From positions 1 to 54,856 of the IMG/VR virus record IMGVR_UViG_3300042565_002302: 54,856 nucleotides of DNA; one strand, 5' to 3'. This stretch comes from a virus (lineage: Duplodnaviria; Caudoviricetes). Positions 14,983-22,729 of this stretch are shown here, in pieces. Within the stretch, counting starts at the first letter, position 1. Every line of letters starts with the position of its first letter. The translations under genes and the position numbers were made by a program. The notes beneath the pieces were generated by a model. That model had not been told where the DNA came from, did no database searches, and saw only the letters and a program-made list of their open reading frames with translations.

Positions 14983-15558
14983 TTATTTATTTTTTATCTT
15001 ATTTTTAATCTTAGAAAAATCAAATGCGGGACTTAAATCCGTATATTCTTCATAATAATTACTTCTACATAATATACCTTTTACAATCGTAGCATCTAAT
15101 AACTTCGTATTATGTCCAACAGTATTCCTTGATATGGTGTATTTTGCACACAACCCGTCAATTAAATCTTTAAGTGATTTAGTTTGTTGATCACTATATT
15201 TAGCCCAATAACTATATCCACGCCACTCTTGCTCATAAACATCACCCTTATATTGCTCACCAATCCAATTATAGAAATACTTTTTTTTCTTTATTAACCA
15301 ACCATCATTCTCTAAAAAAATCGTTATTGTTTTTTCATAAGGAACAACAAATGAATAATTGTCAGCCATAAAATGGTTATATATATTACCTTCCCTATCT
15401 ATCGTATAATTAGGTATTTTGATACTTTTCCTCAATTTAATACCACTCAAATAATCTTTAATACCTCTTGACGTATGTCCTAAGACAATTTGTTCTTTAT
15501 TATTAGGTATCAAAGAATAATTACTTTCCAATGTTTTATATTCATAATTTATATTCAT
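14983..15558 (-). CDS. N-acetylmuramoyl-L-alanine amidase-like protein (endolysin candidate)
   Basis: QIVLGHT, YTIDREGNIY, IFLEN, YSDQQTKSL, TDLSPAFDF amidase_2 pattern; some Zn ligands look substituted. Confidence 0.7.
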   Translation of the reverse strand: MNINYEYKTLESNYSLIPNNKEQIVLGHTSRGIKDYLSGIKLRKSIKIPNYTIDREGNIYNHFMADNYSFVVPYEKTITIFLENDGWLIKKKKYFYNWIGEQYKGDVYEQEWRGYSYWAKYSDQQTKSLKDLIDGLCAKYTISRNTVGHNTKLLDATIVKGILCRSNYYEEYTDLSPAFDFSKIKNKIKNK

Positions 15559-15595
15559 AATTCATATTATAAATATAATTCTATATAAAATAAAG

Positions 15596-15624
15596 CAAAA
15601 AAAATGGTGGATAACCCACCATTT
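15596..15624 (-). terminator. intrinsic terminator
   Basis: aaatggtgg-ataac-ccaccattt hairpin with adjacent A-run (U-tract on the minus strand) after 15637 ORF. Confidence 0.7.
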
Positions 15625-15636
15625 ATTAACCACTAA

Positions 15637-16224
15637 CTATTCCCACCAACATCTAATATCTCTATTTAATAATTTGAATAACAAGTCTTGAGCTCTTTTT
15701 TCATTATAATGACCAAGATTCATAGCTAATCTCTGTTTGTAATTATCATCGTTTAATTCAAATACTTGTAATTCTTTATTGGACAATACTTTTCTAACAG
15801 CGGCTTTATGTTTAGCAAAATAATCATCATAGTTTTCTGATACTTCTTCAATTTCAAGTTGTTTATAATCAGGCTTATCTTCAATATCTAACCAATTATA
15901 ATTTGATTCATGATAATCCATATACTCGCTTGAATAAAACTCATCTTGTATTTTTTCAATCAAACGAAGACACCACATCATTCTTTCAGAATCATACTTC
16001 GCTCGTGTATGAAAATCTCTATTACCTATATATTGAGACTGATGTTTCAATTTAGTTTTAAGGATTTCCCATATAAAATGATCATCCCAATCTCTATCTT
16101 TCCAGATAACAGGAAACCATCGGATTAAGTTTTTAATTGATCGATACATATTTTTAATATTCCAACCAATGTTATCCCATAACCAATTAGTAATTTTTTT
16201 AATTAAAGTTTCTTTATTATCCAT
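15637..16224 (-). CDS. hypothetical protein
   Basis: NLIRWFPVIWKDRDWD; start taken at ATG 16224. Confidence 0.65.
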   Translation of the reverse strand: MDNKETLIKKITNWLWDNIGWNIKNMYRSIKNLIRWFPVIWKDRDWDDHFIWEILKTKLKHQSQYIGNRDFHTRAKYDSERMMWCLRLIEKIQDEFYSSEYMDYHESNYNWLDIEDKPDYKQLEIEEVSENYDDYFAKHKAAVRKVLSNKELQVFELNDDNYKQRLAMNLGHYNEKRAQDLLFKLLNRDIRCWWE

Positions 16225-16556
16225 TACACTACTTTTTGATACCATCCTTTTTTAGATAGTTTAACTAATAAAACCTTATCTTCATTCGTTAAAGAATTAC
16301 GATTTTCGTAAATATTATTACAAATTTTAAACAATTCTTGTTCAGTTGTGGTACCAACCACCACTTCATCACCATCAATCATATCTTCAATACCTAAATC
16401 TTCTTTAAGAAGATTAAATAAATCCTTTTTCTCGGATTTATTTAGTGAGTAGATAATATCATTGATATCACCATCCACATTTAATGACACATAACCCATA
16501 TATTTATATTTTTTAATTATTTTATTACCTGAAATATCATTTCTATTAATGTCCAT
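16224..16556 (-). CDS. hypothetical protein
   Basis: ORF between co-oriented genes; start uncertain. Confidence 0.5.
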   Translation of the reverse strand: MDINRNDISGNKIIKKYKYMGYVSLNVDGDINDIIYSLNKSEKKDLFNLLKEDLGIEDMIDGDEVVVGTTTEQELFKICNNIYENRNSLTNEDKVLLVKLSKKGWYQKVV

Positions 16557-16596
16557 ATCATCACAATTAACGCAATGATACGGACTATTTGCTTTT

Positions 16597-18600
16597 TCAT
16601 TTATTTACTTTTTTAGTTCTTTTTTTTATTGATACAACAATTTTTTCATTAACATAATCAACAAAAAGTGTTTCACCTTCTTTAATATCACCTTTTAATA
16701 GTTCTTCCGATATAGGGTCTTCAATATGTTTTTCAATACTACGTTTTAAAGGTCTAGCACCATTTTCAACATCAAACCCTTCATTCACAACATACTCTTT
16801 CATTTTTTCAGATATGTCAAGTATATAACCTAAACCCAAAATCCTACTCTTTAACCCCATAATCTCCACATCAAAGATTTCAAAAATGTGATTCTTTTCT
16901 AATGGATTGAATACAATCACATCATCCAATCTATTTAAGAATTCAGGTTTGAAGAATTTCTTTAATTCTTTCATTAAGGTAGAATCTATCTTCTCCTTAG
17001 AAACAACCTTTTCATTTGTAAAACCAATACCCATACCCTGTTCTCTAATTTCTTTTGTTCCCAAGTTAGATGTCATAATTATAATAGTATTACGAAAATC
17101 AACTTTTCTACCTGAAGCATCTGTCATAAATCCTTCATCAAATGTTCTTAATAACAAGTTGAAAATATCAGGATGAGCCTTTTCAACTTCATCAAATAAT
17201 ACAACTGAATATGGTTTTCTTCTAACTTTTTCAGTTAATTCACCACCCTCATCATATCCAACATATCCTGGAGGTGAGCCTATTAAACGTGACTGATTAA
17301 ACTTCTCAGCATATTCATTCATATCCACTCGTATAAGATTATCTTTACCCTCAAATAAGTAATCATTTATCACCTTTGTTAATTGAGATTTACCAACACC
17401 TGTAGGTCCTAAAAAAAGAAAAACACCCGATGGTTTATTAGGGTTTTTAACCCCAGCCCTTGTTCTTTTAATGGCTTTTGATAACTTGGAAATAGCCTCA
17501 GGTTGTCCAATAATTCTCTTATTTAATTCATTTTCAATACCTAATAGTTTATGACCTTCACTGGTTGTAATTTTAGATATAGGAATATCTGTCATAATTG
17601 AGATAATGTCAGCAATATCTGAATCATTTACAACGGTTTTATTAAGTTTAATTGAATCCTGCCAAATTTTACGTTTTGTCTCTAATTCGTGATTTATATC
17701 ATCTTCTTCTTTTTTTATTTTAGCAGCTAACTCATACTCTTGAGTTTTAACAACCCTCATTTTTTCCTTCTTAACCTCAACCAATTCTTTTTCGAGTCTA
17801 ATAATATCTTCAGGAACTACAATATCCTTTATTTGAGTTCTTGAGCCAGACTCATCTAATAAATCAATCGCTTTATCCGGTAAAAACCTATCACTTAGAT
17901 AACGAATTGATAAATTAACACAAGCTTTAATAGCTTCATCGGTGTATCTTACATTGTGGTAATCTTCATATATACCACGAATGTTATTAAGTATTTCAAG
18001 AGTTTCTTCTGATGTTGGTTCACTTACAACTACCTTTTGAAATCTACGTTCCATAGCCCCATCTTTTTCAATGGATTCACGATACTCATCAAGAGTTGTA
18101 GCACCAATACATTGCATATCACCACGAGCTAACGCTGGTTTAAACATATTCGCCACATCCAATCCTTGTCCACCTGCACCCATAATTGTATGAACTTCAT
18201 CAATAAAAAGAATAATATCCTTACTTTTAGACAATTCAGCTAAAAGAACTTTAATCCTTTCTTCTAATTGTCCGCGATATTTGGTACCAGCAACTAAAGC
18301 ACCTGGTTCAAGCTCAATAATCCTTTTATTTAATAAGGTTCTTGGAGCTTTCTTTTCATAAATCTTCATAGCTAAACCAACCACAATTTGTGATTTACCA
18401 ATACCTGGATCCCCAATAAGAACTGGATTGTTTTTCTTACGTCTTGTTAAGATTTGAGCTATACGCTCAATTTCTTTGTCACGCCCAATAACAGGGTCCA
18501 ATTTACCTTGTTGAGCTAAAGCCGTTAAGTCTTTACCAAATGTATCCAATATTGGTGTTTTTTCTGATTTTTTTTCTGAACCATCCGCCGTTTCAATCAT
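16597..18600 (-). CDS. clpC: ClpC/ClpB-family AAA+ chaperone lacking the N-terminal Clp repeat domain
   Basis: [26 protein letters not shown]-like [45 protein letters not shown]. Confidence 0.9.
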   Translation of the reverse strand: MIETADGSEKKSEKTPILDTFGKDLTALAQQGKLDPVIGRDKEIERIAQILTRRKKNNPVLIGDPGIGKSQIVVGLAMKIYEKKAPRTLLNKRIIELEPGALVAGTKYRGQLEERIKVLLAELSKSKDIILFIDEVHTIMGAGGQGLDVANMFKPALARGDMQCIGATTLDEYRESIEKDGAMERRFQKVVVSEPTSEETLEILNNIRGIYEDYHNVRYTDEAIKACVNLSIRYLSDRFLPDKAIDLLDESGSRTQIKDIVVPEDIIRLEKELVEVKKEKMRVVKTQEYELAAKIKKEEDDINHELETKRKIWQDSIKLNKTVVNDSDIADIISIMTDIPISKITTSEGHKLLGIENELNKRIIGQPEAISKLSKAIKRTRAGVKNPNKPSGVFLFLGPTGVGKSQLTKVINDYLFEGKDNLIRVDMNEYAEKFNQSRLIGSPPGYVGYDEGGELTEKVRRKPYSVVLFDEVEKAHPDIFNLLLRTFDEGFMTDASGRKVDFRNTIIIMTSNLGTKEIREQGMGIGFTNEKVVSKEKIDSTLMKELKKFFKPEFLNRLDDVIVFNPLEKNHIFEIFDVEIMGLKSRILGLGYILDISEKMKEYVVNEGFDVENGARPLKRSIEKHIEDPISEELLKGDIKEGETLFVDYVNEKIVVSIKKRTKKVNK

Positions 18601-18632
18601 AATATAATACTTTTATTTGTTGTTTAATAATA

Positions 18633-18640
18633 CAAAGATA
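18633..18640 (-). promoter_or_regulatory. Bacteroidota-type -7 element TATCTTTG
   Basis: TAnnTTTG 32 nt upstream of the clpC start. Confidence 0.6.
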
Positions 18641-18663
18641 GATATATGTTTTAATATAATCAA

Positions 18664-19446
18664 TTATTCGAAAAATTTAAATAAATCTATTGCATTAGCC
18701 CTGATTTTATTTATACTTTTACTTTTTATTTGACGGATACGTTCTTTTGTCAAACCAAACTCATCTCCGATTGCCTCCAATGTCATTGGCTCACCATCAA
18801 TACCAAAATACATTTTAATAATCGTTCTCTCTTTATCGTCTAATTTATTTAATAATTTTTCCAACTCACTTTTAAGATTAGTTTGGTTGTTGTTTAATTG
18901 ATTATCTGGCATTAAAGCCCCATCATCTTCAATAAGATCTATTAACTCATCACCATCTTCATTTACAATGTCAAAAATAGATCTTGTAGTTGGAAACATT
19001 TCAACTAAGTCTGAATCAGAATCTTTAACTTCTTTCTTAGCCTTTAAATAATCATTTATTTGATTTACAGGAATACGGATATTTCTCGAATGCTCATTGA
19101 TAGATTCAATAATTGATTGTTTAATCCACCATACAGCGTAAGAAATAAATCTATACCCTTTAGTCCTATCAAACTTGTCAATCGCCTTTAATAAACCCAA
19201 ATTACCCTCAGCTATAAGATCAGATAAGGGTATCCCATTATTTTGATACATTTTAGCTATTGAAATAACAAATCTCAGATTCGCCTTAATAAGTTCTTCA
19301 CGAGCTTTTTTATCCCCATTTAAAACTCTCTTAGTTAACTCAGCCTCTTCTTCTTTTGAAATAATGTCGGCATATTTCCTAATGTCTTTTAAATAACTTT
19401 TTATTTCATCTTGTTGGATGAAAAAAGTATTTGCGGTATTTGTCAT
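18664..19446 (-). CDS. sigma-70 family (RpoD/SigA-like) RNA polymerase sigma factor
   Basis: ANLRFVISIAK, DLIAEGNLGL, FISYAVWWIKQSI, TLEAIG..LTKERIRQI. Confidence 0.93.
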   Translation of the reverse strand: MTNTANTFFIQQDEIKSYLKDIRKYADIISKEEEAELTKRVLNGDKKAREELIKANLRFVISIAKMYQNNGIPLSDLIAEGNLGLLKAIDKFDRTKGYRFISYAVWWIKQSIIESINEHSRNIRIPVNQINDYLKAKKEVKDSDSDLVEMFPTTRSIFDIVNEDGDELIDLIEDDGALMPDNQLNNNQTNLKSELEKLLNKLDDKERTIIKMYFGIDGEPMTLEAIGDEFGLTKERIRQIKSKSINKIRANAIDLFKFFE

Positions 19447-19474
19447 AAATAATATTGTTTTTTTATTTGGAATA

Positions 19475-19482
19475 CAAATATA
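19475..19482 (-). promoter_or_regulatory. Bacteroidota-type -7 element TATATTTG
   Basis: TAnnTTTG upstream of the sigma gene. Confidence 0.55.
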
Positions 19483-19493
19483 ATAAAAAAAGT

Positions 19494-19928
19494 CTAATAA
19501 ATCAAATTTTTAATTTTTTCTACGTTTTGGTGTTGAGTGTAATGGACATAATTTCTTAGAGAATCGATCTTAATCCATTTATATGTATCAAATTCGGGGG
19601 TTTTTGTGTTATTTTCATAAAAATACGAATTACACTTAATATCTAATTTTTCAATAGGTGTGTCAGTTATAATTAAGAAAGTTTTAATCTTTTTATTACC
19701 ACTTCTATATACCGTAAAATCAAATTCGTATTTTTTTAATATGTTAATATCTGAAATAGAAATATTAGTTTCTTCCCATAATTCACGAATAGCACAAGTA
19801 AAATAACTTTTATCACCCCCTTCTAAATGTCCTTTAGGTATCGACCAAGAATTATGATTACTAACGTGACCAACCAAAACCCTATCAATTTCAGTTGAGT
19901 AAAGATATATCCCACAAGTAATCTCCAC
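19494..19928 (-). CDS. Nudix hydrolase
   Basis: WSIPKGHLEGGDKSYFTCAIRELWEETNI Nudix box. Confidence 0.88.
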   Translation of the reverse strand: MEITCGIYLYSTEIDRVLVGHVSNHNSWSIPKGHLEGGDKSYFTCAIRELWEETNISISDINILKKYEFDFTVYRSGNKKIKTFLIITDTPIEKLDIKCNSYFYENNTKTPEFDTYKWIKIDSLRNYVHYTQHQNVEKIKNLIY

Positions 19929-20323
19929 TAATTAAATGTCTTTAAGAAGTCCTTTTCTTCCTTTTTTAAAGAACCCACACCAGATTTACTAATCTTATCT
20001 AAGATAGTGTTTAAATCCAAAATAACAGGCTCTTCTTTTTGTTTTTTAGTGGATTTAGTCTTAGTATTAAACAAATATTTCAATATTTCCTGATCAATCT
20101 GTAAAGCAATTTCTTTAAATTGTTCTTTTGGAATTAAAATAAACGGTGAATTAATCTCACTAATCCTTTGCTTAAGAATACTAATTTTGTCAATAGATTT
20201 AAGAGTTAATAATATAACACTTTCACCCTCAACCATTTTAACAACTTCATCACCCAAAAGAATTGTTAAATCATCACAAATCTGACGATTGTTACCGAAC
20301 ATTATTAGAAAGTAATTTATCAT
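19928..20323 (-). CDS. hypothetical protein with C-terminal ILDKISKSGVGSL..EEK.FL motif (DUF6576-like)
   Basis: C-terminal motif recalled from Bacteroidota proteins. Confidence 0.55.
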   Translation of the reverse strand: MINYFLIMFGNNRQICDDLTILLGDEVVKMVEGESVILLTLKSIDKISILKQRISEINSPFILIPKEQFKEIALQIDQEILKYLFNTKTKSTKKQKEEPVILDLNTILDKISKSGVGSLKKEEKDFLKTFN

Positions 20324-20416
20324 ATGTTAAATAATTTAGTTCACAAATATAACTATAAATATTTTGAATTACAAATTTTGTTTATTTTTTATAAAAACAT
20401 TACTATATTTTTATTT

Positions 20417-20803
20417 ATGAAGATAGGTAAAATACATATAAAATTCAATTTTTATAGTAAAGAAGATGAAATGGTTACAAATCAAGTAACTAAATCGGAT
20501 AGTACAGAATACGGAACACTTACTTTTGACGATAATGGAAAACTTGTTGATTGGTTTGTTGATAAAGACTTACTTAAAAAGGTTTGTGATCAGGCGGATA
20601 AAGAAAGATATGGTGATGAACAGGCAGATACATTTAATTTCTGTTGGGAACACTCAATCAAAAATAAATCTGATTACCCTGATGGTGGTGAAAAATTAAT
20701 AAATAGAGTGAATGAATCTTGGTTTAATGAACTTATTAAACTATCAAATGAAAAAGATACATCGCTTATATTATACTCTTGGGATAATGAAATTAGAAAT
20801 TAA
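20417..20803 (+). CDS. hypothetical protein
   Basis: Start reassigned to ATG 20417, leaving a divergent promoter gap. Confidence 0.55.
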   Translation: MKIGKIHIKFNFYSKEDEMVTNQVTKSDSTEYGTLTFDDNGKLVDWFVDKDLLKKVCDQADKERYGDEQADTFNFCWEHSIKNKSDYPDGGEKLINRVNESWFNELIKLSNEKDTSLILYSWDNEIRN

Positions 20804-21074
20804 AATAGATAAAGAAATTATAGATTTCTGTAAATTAAATGAATTAGATTTACCCATTTTTATTTATGACTGTCTTGAAAAAGGATATATTCAAAATAAG
20901 TGGGGTAAATCCCCTATGGATTCAATTAAAAAGGATGTTAGTGAAACTACACAAACACCTAAAAAGAAAGGTAATAGGAAAAAAAAAGAAGAACTCACAC
21001 CAGAACCAATTGAACAAAAAAAATCGGAACCTGTTAAACAAACTCCGATTAATGATTTATATGGTGAAGATTAA
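20787..21074 (+). CDS. hypothetical protein
   Basis: MKLEIKIDKEIIDFCKLN...DLYGED; start at ATG 20787. Confidence 0.55.
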   Translation: MKLEIKIDKEIIDFCKLNELDLPIFIYDCLEKGYIQNKWGKSPMDSIKKDVSETTQTPKKKGNRKKKEELTPEPIEQKKSEPVKQTPINDLYGED

Positions 21075-21550
21075 TATTGTTCAAAACGATCTTTCTTAAT
21101 TGGGAACTTTTTATTCAGTTCAATTAATTTTTTTGTATACATATCACCAAATTTCATAATACGATCAACAACTTTTTGGGTTATTTCTTTTCTCATCATA
21201 TCTTTATCGTAAATACTAACCGTTTTTTCGGTTGGTGGAACATAATCAATTTTTTTACCTACATTTCTTTCTGCTGGTACAAAACTAGTACTAACTTTCG
21301 GTTTAGATTCATTTACTATTTTTTTAACGATATTAGTTAAATCTTTTTCTGTTAATTTAATTGTTTTCATATCTTTTTTACTTTTTCTATCCCATTTAAC
21401 ATTATTACATTGGGAACATTTATAAATATGTAATTTTTCAGTTTCCTTATGAGTATGTTTTGTTTTTTTACCACATTTTTCGCAACCCATAATCATTGGA
21501 ATGTGTTTTTTAAGATTTAATCCTTCTTCCATAGTAATATATTTTATCAT
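21071..21550 (-). CDS. Zn-ribbon protein fused to an internal leader-bearing domain
   Basis: CEKC...CSQC then MKTIKLTEKDLTNIVKKIVNES. Confidence 0.55.
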   Translation of the reverse strand: MIKYITMEEGLNLKKHIPMIMGCEKCGKKTKHTHKETEKLHIYKCSQCNNVKWDRKSKKDMKTIKLTEKDLTNIVKKIVNESKPKVSTSFVPAERNVGKKIDYVPPTEKTVSIYDKDMMRKEITQKVVDRIMKFGDMYTKKLIELNKKFPIKKDRFEQY

Positions 21551-21573
21551 TTTTTATATATTCTTATAAATAC

Positions 21574-22680
21574 TTACTTTTTAGGGATTAATTCATCTAA
21601 CATACCACGTCTTCTAGCTGCAAGATACAAAGCATTATTTTTATCAACTAAATCTTTTCTACCTTTATAATCACCTTTTTTAAATTCTTGTCTTATCAAT
21701 TCAGGTGTCCAAGATATTTGTAAGGTATCAGGGATTAATTCATCTAACATTTTACGTTTTCTAGCTGCATTATATAAAGCAAAATTTTTAATTTGTAAAT
21801 CACCCCTACTTTTATAATCACCTTTTTTAAATTCTTGTCTTATCAATTCAGGCGTCCAAGATGTTTGTAAGGTATCAGGGAATAATTCATCTAACATACC
21901 ACGTCTTTTAGCTGCAAGATACAAAGCTTTATTTTTAATTTGTAAATCACCCCTACCTTTATAATCACCTTTTTTAAATTCTTGTCTTATCAATTCAGGC
22001 GTCCAAGATATTATGAGTTTATCAGGTATTAATTCATCTAACATACCAAGTCTTTTAGCTGCAAGAAACAAAGCATTATTTTTATTAACTAAATCTTTTC
22101 TACTTTTATAATCACCATCGTAAAATTCTTTTCTTATTTGTTCTGGCGTTCGTTTAATTATTAATGTATGGGGTATTAATTCATCTAACATACCACGTTT
22201 TTTAGCTGCAAAATACAAAGCATTATTTTTTTCCTTTAAATCAGATCTACTATTATAATCACCTTTTTTAAATTCTTGTCTTATCAATTCAGGCGTCCAA
22301 GATGTTTGATACGTATCAGGAAATGCTTGAGTTAATATATCATCCACACCTTTTGTTAAATTATATTTCTTAGATATTTTAACAGATAAATTATATAATT
22401 TTACATCCCTTACTTTTAAATCTTTTCTACCCTTATAATTACCATCAATTATTTCTTGTTTAATTTGTTCTGGTGTCATTTTATCATAAAATAATGTTTT
22501 AATATAACCCACTAAACCTTGCTTTCTAGCTTTATCGTATAATTCAGGAAATTTAACTTCAAATTCGTCAATGTCATTAACAATATTTATCGCCTGCTTA
22601 ATTTCTTCCCACCATAGACTAGGAGCACCTTCATTTAATAAAAGTGAATTAAATTGTTGTTCAGTAATTATTATTCTCAT
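21574..22680 (-). CDS. 49-aa tandem helical repeat protein with MRIIITEQQ leader
   Basis: Five conserved SWTPELIRQEFKKGDY...RGMLDELIP units plus degenerate upstream copies. Confidence 0.85.
   Translation of the reverse strand: MRIIITEQQFNSLLLNEGAPSLWWEEIKQAINIVNDIDEFEVKFPELYDKARKQGLVGYIKTLFYDKMTPEQIKQEIIDGNYKGRKDLKVRDVKLYNLSVKISKKYNLTKGVDDILTQAFPDTYQTSWTPELIRQEFKKGDYNSRSDLKEKNNALYFAAKKRGMLDELIPHTLIIKRTPEQIRKEFYDGDYKSRKDLVNKNNALFLAAKRLGMLDELIPDKLIISWTPELIRQEFKKGDYKGRGDLQIKNKALYLAAKRRGMLDELFPDTLQTSWTPELIRQEFKKGDYKSRGDLQIKNFALYNAARKRKMLDELIPDTLQISWTPELIRQEFKKGDYKGRKDLVDKNNALYLAARRRGMLDELIPKK
21580..22320 (-). repeat. 147-bp tandem repeat (5 units)
   Basis: caattcagg(c/t)gtccaaga at 21697, 21844, 21991, 22285; diverged unit near 22138. 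Confidence 0.92.
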
Positions 22681-22729
22681 ATTTCTATAAATACTTACTT
22701 TTTACTTAAAGATTAGTATTATTTAACTT

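Noticed and set aside
16597-19446. Bacterial chromosome origin of the window (clpC, sigma-70, rpsU, cca)
   Set aside because: These genes are compact variants interspersed with baseplate, RNA ligase and phage hypothetical genes, without bacterial operon context.
21580-22320. CRISPR array or homing endonuclease
   Set aside because: 147-bp coding repeats without spacers; no GIY-YIG, HNH or PD-(D/E)xK motif seen.
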